Shown: piece by piece, positions 36,648 through 44,611 of the stretch
Position numbering within the stretch: position 1 is the first letter of the stretch
Layout of the letters: every line of letters starts with the position of its first letter
NCBI GenBank assembly: GCA_046760805.1
Contig: JBHIEV010000001.1
Location: 130 to 64,129 of the forward strand
DNA: 64,000 nucleotides
DNA from: Candidatus Bathyarchaeia archaeon
GTDB lineage: Archaea; Thermoproteota; Bathyarchaeia; Bathyarchaeales; Bathyarchaeaceae
Direction of reading: 5' to 3'
Made by a program: the position numbers and the translations under genes
The notes under the pieces: model-generated
What the model saw: the letters and a program-made list of their open reading frames with translations, nothing else
Told to the model about the DNA's origin: nothing
The model's database searches: none

Positions 36648-37001
36648 CGAAAGGATTGAGGCTGCAGAAATACTGTTGAAAAGGGACAAACTGGTAGATG
36701 CCGTTAACAGGATCTACTACGGAATTTCCATGCTGCTAAAGCCGTCCTGAATTCGCTGGGAAGGGATACTAAAACTCACTCTGGATTGATCTCGGAATTC
36801 GGGTTGCACGTGGTAAAACCAGGCTTGATGAAGAAAGAATTTGCTAGGATACTGCGTCGGAGTTTTGAGGCTAGAGAGACAGGGAACTATGTGATTGGAG
36901 CCGAATTCGGGAAGAAAGAAGTTGAGAACATGTTAAATGATGCAAAACTTTTCATCAAGGAAGCTCGAAGACTGACCAAAGAACGGTTGAAGAAGTATTA
37001 G
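36592..37001 (+). pseudogene. HEPN-domain gene disrupted by a 1-nt frameshift
   Basis: Frame 1 from ATG 36592 reads MIEETSLKELVEEELQSANERIEAAEILLKRDKLVDAVNRIYYGI, then stops at 36748. The HEPN sequence continues in the frame one nucleotide back as FHAAKAVLNSLGRDTKTHSGLISEFGLHVVK..., ending at 37001. The junction is the T-run at 36725-36727 (GGAATTTCCATG versus expected GGAATTTTCCATG). Confidence 0.7.
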
Positions 37002-37327
37002 TGTTCTTCATTTGCACTGGCCTGAGCAGGTTTGCTGTGGCCAACCGGGCGCACGGTGCCGTGGCTTTAGGAGCCGTTTTATTTTGTGTTATGGGATGGT
37101 TTGGAAGCCTGTGTCTTTGAAGTGTTCGTGGAAGGTGAAGACTTGGGTGACGCTGTGTTTTTCCATGGCTTTGGACGCTTAGGTAGGGTTTTTGTCATCA
37201 GCGTTGTAGTAGGTTATGAGGGTGGGCGTGTTTAGACAGGTATTTGATTTTTTCCGTTAATAAACGATCAGAATTGGCTAGCTGAAGACGATGCAGAAAT
37301 GAGGTTTAGTGTGGAAGGTGATATGAG

Positions 37328-37843
37328 TTGGATGGTGTCTCTGGTTTGAGGGGCGGGGTTGTTCTGCTTCTTCTATTTGTTCTTCTGTGGTCTGGTTTTG
37401 TGTTTGGTGTTGGAGCGGTGGATGAGGAGGGGGCTGTGTCCGCTGTTGAGGGGGCTGAGGGGAATGTGGTTGAGGCTTATGGTGTTGTTTTGGAGGCTGA
37501 GAAGGCTGGGGCTAATGTTTCGAGTTTGCTGGATAGGTTGGATGTGGCTGCAGAGTATTTGGCTGTGGCGTGGATGTGTTTGAGACTTGGGGACTCTGAT
37601 GGTGCTGTTGGTAACGCTAGTCTTTGTGTTGAGGCTTTGGATGGAATAGCTGGCGATGCTGCAGTTTTGAGGGAGAAGGCCATCAAGGAACGGGGAGAGC
37701 GCAATTGGATCACTATCAGCGGGTCTGTTGTGGGTGTGGTCTTGGTTCTCTGTGGAAGCTGGTTTGGTTGGGCTTCTTTTAAAAAGCGTTACTATAGGCG
37801 GGTTTTAGAGATGAAGCCGGAGGTGGCTGAGGGTGAATCTTGA
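37328..37843 (+). CDS. membrane-anchored secreted protein (signal peptide, Ala/Glu-rich helical domain, C-terminal TM)
   Basis: 171 aa. N-terminal hydrophobic segment VVLLLLFVLLWSGFVFG. C-terminal TM followed by KKRYYRRV. TTG start. Confidence 0.4.
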   Translation: MDGVSGLRGGVVLLLLFVLLWSGFVFGVGAVDEEGAVSAVEGAEGNVVEAYGVVLEAEKAGANVSSLLDRLDVAAEYLAVAWMCLRLGDSDGAVGNASLCVEALDGIAGDAAVLREKAIKERGERNWITISGSVVGVVLVLCGSWFGWASFKKRYYRRVLEMKPEVAEGES

Positions 37844-38432
37844 GGATTATCGCACTCTGTTTATGTCTGTGGTCTTGGTTTCAGTGTTAGTTGCTGCTTT
37901 TCCCGGGCTTGGTGTGGTTGTTCCTTTTCCTAGTGGTGGGGAGAGGTTCTCTGAATTCTGGCTTTTGGGTCCTATGGGTATGGCTGAGGGTTATCCCTTC
38001 AATGTAAGGGCTGGAGAGATGCAGGGTCCAGTTTTTCTTGGTGTTGGTAATCATATGGGCAGTTCGCAGTATTACATGGCTTACGTTAAGTTTCGCAATC
38101 AGTCTCAGTCTCTTCCTAATGCTACAGTTAGTGAGCCTAGTCCTTTGCCTCCTCTGTACGAGTTTCGATTTTTCTTGGCGGATGGTGGAGTATGGGAAAG
38201 GGCTCTTTCCTTTGCTATTGAAGATGCCCAGTTTGAAGGCGATTCTTTGCTAGTGGATTACTTATCAATCAATAATGTAGTTTTTTCTGTTAACGCCTCT
38301 ACAAAATGGAGTTCAGAGTATCGTGGGTCTTATTTTCAGTTGTTTTTTGAGCTGTGGCGCTATGACAGTAGCTCGCAACATTTTCATTTTGATAATCGCT
38401 TTGTGGGAATCTGGCTAAACATGACTGGTTAG
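37833..38432 (+). CDS. secreted/anchored protein, DUF1616-like ectodomain
   Basis: 199 aa. N-terminal TM, then FSEFWLLGPMGMAEGYPFNVRAGE...VGNHMGSSQYYMAYVKF resembles DUF1616 archaeal proteins. Four N-x-S/T sequons. 11-nt overlap with the upstream gene. Confidence 0.45.
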   Translation: MNLEDYRTLFMSVVLVSVLVAAFPGLGVVVPFPSGGERFSEFWLLGPMGMAEGYPFNVRAGEMQGPVFLGVGNHMGSSQYYMAYVKFRNQSQSLPNATVSEPSPLPPLYEFRFFLADGGVWERALSFAIEDAQFEGDSLLVDYLSINNVVFSVNASTKWSSEYRGSYFQLFFELWRYDSSSQHFHFDNRFVGIWLNMTG

Positions 38433-38526
38433 CATTCGCTCTTTATGAGAACTTGATGGATAAGCATGCATGCACAAGGATGCAATTACGTTATGAATCG
38501 CTGTTTTAGGAAAGAGAGGAGGGAGA

Positions 38527-38760
38527 GTGTTGAAAGGCGAGATTGAGGGAGAAAGTAGACTGCAACAACCATTAGCCAGAGGTGTATTTGTTCTGGAAAT
38601 CGAGGAAGAGGGCAAAATTGAGAAGCTGAAGTTTGAAGAGGGGCAGATATGTTGGGAAGGGTTCAGGGAGGTTAATGGGAAGTTGATTCGTGGCGTCCCC
38701 AAAATGTGTTCAAAGGATTGTCTGAAGTACTGCCGCCATGAAGGTTGCGACTTTTTGTAG
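38527..38760 (+). CDS. small Cys-rich hypothetical protein
   Basis: 77 aa, preceded by GGAGGGAG. C-terminal CSKDCLKYCRHEGC. Codon style matches neighbouring plus-strand genes. The antisense ORF looks like a shadow. Confidence 0.35.
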   Translation: MLKGEIEGESRLQQPLARGVFVLEIEEEGKIEKLKFEEGQICWEGFREVNGKLIRGVPKMCSKDCLKYCRHEGCDFL

Positions 38761-38802
38761 AAAAGTAGTTCGAAGTTGCCTCAACCGATTCTTCTTAGAT
38801 AG

Positions 38803-39846
38803 TTGGTTGATTACTCTTTGAAGGACAGGGCCGCTATGTCTGCCATTGAAATGTTGACTGAGCGCGGAAAGTTAGTGGATGATTTCTTGTTAAAGATGCT
38901 GAGGCTTGGTGCATCAGATGAGTTGTACAAGATTGCTGAGCATCAGGTTGTTTCAGGTGGGAAGCGAGCTAGGCCTGCGATGACGATTTTGTGTTGTGAA
39001 GCGGTTGGTGGAGATATCAAGGTTGCAATACCTGCTGCGGCGGGTATCGAGTTGATTCATAATTATACTCTAATATTTGATGATGTTATTGATCACTCTG
39101 ATCTCAGAAGAGGGTATCCAACAGTCAGGGCATTGTATGGGGATGTGATGTCCTTCTTGGTTGGGATGCATTATCGGGAGGCGATCTTTGAGGCGGTTAG
39201 ACGGTCTGTTCGGTCAAGGCGGATAGAGATGTTGCTCAGTTGGACGATTAGGAGGATTATTGAGGGGGAGAGGTTAGATGTGTTATTTGAGCAGGCTGGA
39301 CGAGACTCTGAGTATATTAGCAGAATGATGTACCGCGATATTTCTGAGGATGATTATCTGCGAATGATTGAGGCCAAAACGGCGGTGCTTTTTGAGGCGG
39401 CATGTGAAGCAGGAGGCATTGTGGGCGGTGGAAAACCTACGCAGATAGATGCTTTGTCAAGGTATGGGTTGAGTTGTGGGGTTGCCTTCCAGATTCAAGA
39501 TGACATTTTAGATGTTGTTGGAGAGACTGAGAGATTGGGCAAAGAGGCTGGGAAGGATATTAGGGAGCATAAGCTTGGAAACATAACGGTTCTTTACAGC
39601 TTGGAGGAACTCTCTAAGAACAGCAGAGATAAGTTGCTGATGATGCTTAGCTCTCCCGAGTTGAGTGACTCTCAAGTGAGCGAAGCTGTTGAAATCGTGC
39701 TTTCCACAAATGCTTTGAAGCGTGCAGAGGAGACTTCGAGGGAGTACATCGCCAAGGCGAAGTCGGGGCTGAAAGTCCTGCCTGAGTCGGAAGCTAAGAG
39801 TATGCTCATGAGCGTTGCGGATTTTGTTGTGGAACGAAGTTTCTAA
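38803..39846 (+). CDS. trans-polyprenyl diphosphate synthase, type-I (archaeal GGPPS/FPPS-like)
   Basis: 347 aa. FARM IHNYTLIFDDVIDHSDLRRGYPT (aromatic Tyr at -5). SARM FQIQDDILD. Confidence 0.85.
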   Translation: MVDYSLKDRAAMSAIEMLTERGKLVDDFLLKMLRLGASDELYKIAEHQVVSGGKRARPAMTILCCEAVGGDIKVAIPAAAGIELIHNYTLIFDDVIDHSDLRRGYPTVRALYGDVMSFLVGMHYREAIFEAVRRSVRSRRIEMLLSWTIRRIIEGERLDVLFEQAGRDSEYISRMMYRDISEDDYLRMIEAKTAVLFEAACEAGGIVGGGKPTQIDALSRYGLSCGVAFQIQDDILDVVGETERLGKEAGKDIREHKLGNITVLYSLEELSKNSRDKLLMMLSSPELSDSQVSEAVEIVLSTNALKRAEETSREYIAKAKSGLKVLPESEAKSMLMSVADFVVERSF

Positions 39847-39940
39847 GCATTACATGCAATTAGAGACTAGAAAAGTGAGCGGAGTCTTCCATAGGTCGTT
39901 AAATACGGCAGGCAACTAATTCTCTTGCTAAAAAAACGAG

Positions 39941-42247
39941 GTGAAAGAAAATTTGAAAACACGTTACCTTATAGTGTTGATCTTCGCGTGTCTATTGGCA
40001 ATATCAGTTTATCCTGTTGTTTCGATGGCAGAGGATGCACAGAGTCAAGAGGTCTCTGTTGGTCCGGGGAAAGAAAGGTTATGGAACGATCTTCCGGAGG
40101 AGCCAATTGGCACCCCGCAAGGCGGGCACGTGCCACCTTTAGGCTACGAGATAGCCCCAGAATTGCTGGAGAAGTTGAAGAGCCAAGAGTTCGTTCACGT
40201 CGATGACTTGCCGACAGTAGAAGAGGACCCGGTAGTCTCAACTTTGGAGCCAGAGTCCCTAGCGCCCAGTCTTCACGATGACTTTGAAGGGCTCGACGAC
40301 TTGAATCAGCCAGATGGGTATCTTCACAAGCCGCCTGATCCTCATATTGCGGCTGGCTTGAACCACATTGGGGTTATGGTTAACTCGGAGTTTGCCTTCT
40401 ACACGAAAACTGGAACCTTTGTCTTTGAGCGTAGCTTCCAAAACTGGTGGAGCACTGGATCTGACCTACCCTTCGATCCGCGTATAGCCTACGACCATCA
40501 CGCTGACCGTTGGCTGATGGTTTGCCTGGTAAAAGGGGCTGAGCCTACGTCTCAGTACCTTCTGTCTGTGTCGAAGGGCTCTAACCCTACGGGAGGGTGG
40601 TGGAATTGGAAACTCAATGGTGGTCTTTACTATGGTGGTTCGAATACATGGGCTGACTACCCGGATCTTGGATTTGATGGTATTGCGCCTGCATCGGACG
40701 GAGCGATTTACATCAGCTCCAACCAGTTTACTTGGGGTGGTAGCTTCAAGACTGCAATGCTTAATGTTTTGCCGAAATCTAAGCTCTATAGCGGTTCTGG
40801 GTTTACTTATTGGAGACTTTGGGGCCGGACGAATAACGATGGGTCAATGGCCTTCACATTGAGAACGGCGTGGACTCATGGGAATCCGGGCAAGGAGTTT
40901 CTCATTAACAGCAAGTCTGGTGGATGGAACAAGGTTACACTTTGGAATGTTGTTCCCGACTTCACGAGTGGTCCTACTTGGACGAGGCAGGCTACGATAA
41001 CTATAGGAACCTATAGTCCGCCGCCGAACGCGAAACAGAAGGGTGGAACTGCTGAACTTGATACGATTGACAACAGGATCTACAACTGCATGTATCGGAA
41101 TGGACATCTGTACGCGGCTTTCACAGAGGCTTACAATTGGGGTAGCGGAACAGTCGCGGCGCTTCGCTATTTCAAGATTAACACGGGCACCAACGGCCTT
41201 GTGCTAAATGTGAGATTTGGGTCGGACGGGTACTATTACTGGTTCCCAGCGATCTACACGGATATGTCGGATAACATTGTTATTGTTTTTGCGCGGAGCA
41301 GTTCGACGGAGTATGCTGGAATACGCTATACTGGTCGTAAGACGACAGATACGTCTACGCAGGCCAGTGCTTTGCTGAAGGCTGGAGAGACCTACATTAC
41401 AGGCTATCGATGGGGCGACTACTTTGGCATCGCAAGAGACCCGGTGAATGGCGACAAAGTATGGATCTACGGTGAATGGGCTAAGGATTGTGCGGGTGTC
41501 TCCTCAACTTGGGACTGGGGCACCTGGGTAGGTAAGGTGAGCTTTTGGCCCGTTGGACATCAGCCGATCTATTCCTTCCGTATGAGTCCTTTTGGTGACA
41601 TAATTCACATACACAATGATGGGCAGCTGCTTCATGGAACCGACAATTACGATGGTGGTAGTGGAAGTTACCACAATGCGCCGGTTCTGGGATGGTTCGA
41701 TGGCGATGATTTCTACATGTTTATTGACTGGCTCAAGTCTGACTATGGTGGTTCTCTGTACTATGAGTTGGCGATGATTGTTGGCAAGATCTCAACGCAG
41801 AAAGGAAGCTTGTACAGAACGACGGACGGAAAATCTTGGACAGGCCCAACAGCAGTGACGCTTGTCCTAGCCACGCCTGCTGAACCGTTGACATTAGGAC
41901 CAAGCTTGGCGTCAGCGTCAACAATCGAACCAAAGGGCTGGCCGCCGACCTATCACTTCAGGGTCAGTCCCTTCGTTGATGTGTTGCATGTTCACTTGGA
42001 TGGAGCTGTGATTCATGGAGTCGACAACGCCACAGGCTTCTACAGCAATCAGCCGGTTCTCGGCACCTACAAAGGAGACGATTTCTACATGGCTGTTGAC
42101 GGAACGAAGGATGACAATGGCAATCCCATGTCCATTGAGATGATACTGCTTGTGGGGCACATATCAACAAAAAGCGGAAGTGCCTACGCGACAAGAGACG
42201 GAATGTCATGGGATGGACCAACGGCAGTCACGCTGATCCCAGTATAG
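39941..42247 (+). CDS. large secreted protein with tandemly duplicated C-terminal domain
   Basis: 768 aa. Signal peptide (the start may be TTG 39953, which lies behind GAGGTGA). Central region has PPDPHIAAGLNHIGVMVN...DPRIAYDHHADRWLMV, a pattern seen in uncharacterised propeller-like exoproteins. Two roughly 100-aa C-terminal repeats. Confidence 0.6.
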   Translation: MKENLKTRYLIVLIFACLLAISVYPVVSMAEDAQSQEVSVGPGKERLWNDLPEEPIGTPQGGHVPPLGYEIAPELLEKLKSQEFVHVDDLPTVEEDPVVSTLEPESLAPSLHDDFEGLDDLNQPDGYLHKPPDPHIAAGLNHIGVMVNSEFAFYTKTGTFVFERSFQNWWSTGSDLPFDPRIAYDHHADRWLMVCLVKGAEPTSQYLLSVSKGSNPTGGWWNWKLNGGLYYGGSNTWADYPDLGFDGIAPASDGAIYISSNQFTWGGSFKTAMLNVLPKSKLYSGSGFTYWRLWGRTNNDGSMAFTLRTAWTHGNPGKEFLINSKSGGWNKVTLWNVVPDFTSGPTWTRQATITIGTYSPPPNAKQKGGTAELDTIDNRIYNCMYRNGHLYAAFTEAYNWGSGTVAALRYFKINTGTNGLVLNVRFGSDGYYYWFPAIYTDMSDNIVIVFARSSSTEYAGIRYTGRKTTDTSTQASALLKAGETYITGYRWGDYFGIARDPVNGDKVWIYGEWAKDCAGVSSTWDWGTWVGKVSFWPVGHQPIYSFRMSPFGDIIHIHNDGQLLHGTDNYDGGSGSYHNAPVLGWFDGDDFYMFIDWLKSDYGGSLYYELAMIVGKISTQKGSLYRTTDGKSWTGPTAVTLVLATPAEPLTLGPSLASASTIEPKGWPPTYHFRVSPFVDVLHVHLDGAVIHGVDNATGFYSNQPVLGTYKGDDFYMAVDGTKDDNGNPMSIEMILLVGHISTKSGSAYATRDGMSWDGPTAVTLIPV
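41558..42244 (+). repeat. intragenic tandem duplication of a roughly 100-aa domain
   Basis: Copy 1 starts at 41558 and copy 2 at 41939, separated by a roughly 25-aa Ala/Pro/Ser/Leu linker. HQPIYSFRMSPFGDIIHIHNDGQLLHGTDN...TDGKSWTGPTAVTLV aligns with WPPTYHFRVSPFVDVLHVHLDGAVIHGVDN...RDGMSWDGPTAVTLI. Confidence 0.75.
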
Positions 42248-42264
42248 TCGGTACAGCGTAGCTA

Positions 42265-42284
42265 GAGGAGAAAACCTTCTCCTC
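42265..42284 (+). terminator. hairpin GAGGAGAA-AACC-TTCTCCTC downstream of the 768-aa gene
   Basis: Perfect 8-bp stem and 4-nt loop, 18 nt after the stop, followed by T-containing sequence. Archaeal terminators do not require hairpins, so its function is uncertain. Confidence 0.3.
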
Positions 42285-42521
42285 ATTCCCCAATATTCTT
42301 TGAGATAGAAGAAAACGGGATATACCTTACGTTGCTACAGAGATGATGCTTCAATTTCAATCAACATCGATGAGGGAATATGACTGAAGGGCTTTCGGGC
42401 ATGGCTACTCGTAGGATTTCTCCTAATCTCACCGTTCCTTGCTATTCTTGTTTCTGCTAGTCATGCTTTCTCTGTTACTGGGCGGGGAGTTCTATTAGAA
42501 AGTGCGGGGATACGTGTTGTT

Positions 42522-43715
42522 TTGGATGATGTTGAGCTTTACTTTAACGCTTCCAACGGTGGGGAGATAACTGAATATTATGATGTTTCGGTTGATCCTA
42601 ATCGTTCAAGGAACTTGGTGAATCTGGGGTGGAAGCCCTATTATAATCTTCTTCCTTTGTTTTCGTCTTTGTTTTATAAGCCCGGGTATCCTGATTTGGT
42701 TTTCTCGACTGGCGGAGACGCCGGGGCTCGGCTGTGGTTGTTGGGCAACACCAGCGAATATGTGATTTTGCAGTCTTCTTCAAGGATTGTGAATCGGGTG
42801 GGTCAGGTTGCGAAAGATGTTTCTGGTAATGCAATCTATGTGAATTCCACGTGGATTATACATGACAATGGGCTTGTTTCAGTTGAGAGGACTTTTTATG
42901 TTCCGAGGTATGTGACCATTCCTCCCGGGTGGAGGTGGTATCCATTTTACGTGACTAGAAGAGCTGGCTTCACTCCTAACGCCACTTTCTACATGTTCAA
43001 CACGACGTACGGCTTTTCCTCGGTTGTTAATGAAACAACATATAAGGACATATTCAGTCTGTTTCCCATTCTCTATGGCGATACGAGAGACGTCTTTGGG
43101 GTCGCTTTTCCCTTCTTTAACGCTAGCCTGGGTGGGGATGGGGCGCATAACATTCTTGTTGCCTACAAGTATGATGAACTTGTGAGTGTGGATGAGTGGC
43201 GGGCTGATAACTATCACAGCAATAAGAATAGTGTGACGGAAGGCGGTGCGGTACACGAGTTCAGTGAAGCCATGCAGGTTTCCACTCACACTTATCATGC
43301 AGTATTGAATTTTACGCATCAACCTACAGATGAGGAAAGCGTTCAGAGTTTTGCAGGCTATTATGCTGAGAACGCAGAGATGGCTTTGGTGATGGAATGT
43401 TCAGTGACAACGAACAAAGACCTATACCAGCCTGGAGATGACTATGCCTTCTATGGTTCTGGACTAGCATATTATAATCTGACAGAGCTTGAAGCAAGGC
43501 TTACCGTCAAAGATGGCTCGAACAGGCTTATCTATAGACAAGACTATGGACCAGCTAATATCATGGCTGGGCAGGTCTTCAATCTAACGTTACTTGAGGG
43601 AACTGTTGGATTGGATGCTGTTCCAGGTAACTACACAGTCTCGCTTCAGATATCATCTCCATTTGGAATAGTAATAGCTTCAAGCAGTAGGATGATCACA
43701 GTGAGCGAATCCTGA
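42522..43715 (+). CDS. sequon-rich secreted glycoprotein candidate (N-terminus apparently frameshifted)
   Basis: 397-aa track ORF (TTG). 12 N-x-S/T sequons by hand count. 46 in-frame upstream codons encode a signal-peptide-like LKGFRAWLLVGFLLISPFLAILVSASHA with no start codon. See finding. Confidence 0.5.
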   Translation: MDDVELYFNASNGGEITEYYDVSVDPNRSRNLVNLGWKPYYNLLPLFSSLFYKPGYPDLVFSTGGDAGARLWLLGNTSEYVILQSSSRIVNRVGQVAKDVSGNAIYVNSTWIIHDNGLVSVERTFYVPRYVTIPPGWRWYPFYVTRRAGFTPNATFYMFNTTYGFSSVVNETTYKDIFSLFPILYGDTRDVFGVAFPFFNASLGGDGAHNILVAYKYDELVSVDEWRADNYHSNKNSVTEGGAVHEFSEAMQVSTHTYHAVLNFTHQPTDEESVQSFAGYYAENAEMALVMECSVTTNKDLYQPGDDYAFYGSGLAYYNLTELEARLTVKDGSNRLIYRQDYGPANIMAGQVFNLTLLEGTVGLDAVPGNYTVSLQISSPFGIVIASSSRMITVSES

Positions 43716-43858
43716 GGCGTTTTGAGTGCATTTCTATTCTAGAAGAATTCTTTGAATGTTATAGACAAGGTTCTTCGATGTTTCACAAGTTATTTCATCT
43801 CTAAATTGCCAGATAGTGATCAGAAAGAGGAAACTGGAGCGTTCGATGGGTCGCTAAC

Positions 43859-44557
43859 ATGGTTTATTCTAGAAACAATACTACAATAATAGTTCCTGCT
43901 CTCAATGAAAGCAGATCAATTTCTAGGCTTCTTGATGAGCTGAAGCAGAATGGAGACAACCATATTGTGGTTATTGATGGTAACTCGGTCGACGGAACAG
44001 CTGAAGTTGCGGAAAAATCGGGGGCTACAGTTATCCTGCAGCGTGGTAGCGGAAAAGGTGCGGCCTTACGCCAAGCTTTTACTCATAGTGTTGTTGACGG
44101 TGAGATAGTTGTGGTGATGGATGCGGATGGATCTATGGATCCTAAGGAGGTACCTTTGTTCATCAGCGCCATAGAGGAGGGTGCAGATTTGGTCAAAGGC
44201 TCTCGTTTTCTTTCTTGGGGCCGTTCAGAAGATTTGAATCTTATCCGGAGAATCGGAAATCTGTTCTTTCTTTGTTTGGTAAATTGGTTATGGTCCACGA
44301 AATACACAGATTTGTGTTATGGTTTCGGGGCATTCAGGAAAAATGCTCTGAAAAAGTTGTGTCCCCATTTGAAGTCCTCAGACTTTGAGATCGAAACCGA
44401 GATCTGCATAAAGGCCAAGGAACTTGGACTGAACATTGTTGAGGTACCAAGCATTGAGTTCAAGAGGCGCCATGGTAAGTCTAACCTAAACATTTTTCGG
44501 GATGGATGGAAGATCATCAAAACGATATTTCGAGAGTTCCTGCAGAAATACCAGTGA
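43859..44557 (+). CDS. GT2 glycosyltransferase, dolichyl/polyprenyl-phosphate sugar synthase-like
   Basis: 232 aa. IIVPALNES, VIDGNSVDGT, VVMDADGSMDP (DxD). Soluble DPM1-like size. Confidence 0.85.
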   Translation: MVYSRNNTTIIVPALNESRSISRLLDELKQNGDNHIVVIDGNSVDGTAEVAEKSGATVILQRGSGKGAALRQAFTHSVVDGEIVVVMDADGSMDPKEVPLFISAIEEGADLVKGSRFLSWGRSEDLNLIRRIGNLFFLCLVNWLWSTKYTDLCYGFGAFRKNALKKLCPHLKSSDFEIETEICIKAKELGLNIVEVPSIEFKRRHGKSNLNIFRDGWKIIKTIFREFLQKYQ

Positions 44558-44611
44558 AGATTCTGTGGGGAGCTAGTAAAGATTTCTGCATATGTTATTT
44601 GGTGTTGTCAT

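Noticed and set aside
37001-37327. Intergenic stretch after the HEPN gene. It contains a roughly 42-codon hydrophobic plus-strand ORF and a 25-codon minus-strand ORF (MEKHSVTQVFTFHEHFKDTGFQTIP).
   Set aside because: Both are short, lack start context and family resemblance, and may be gene remnants. They are not supportable as features.
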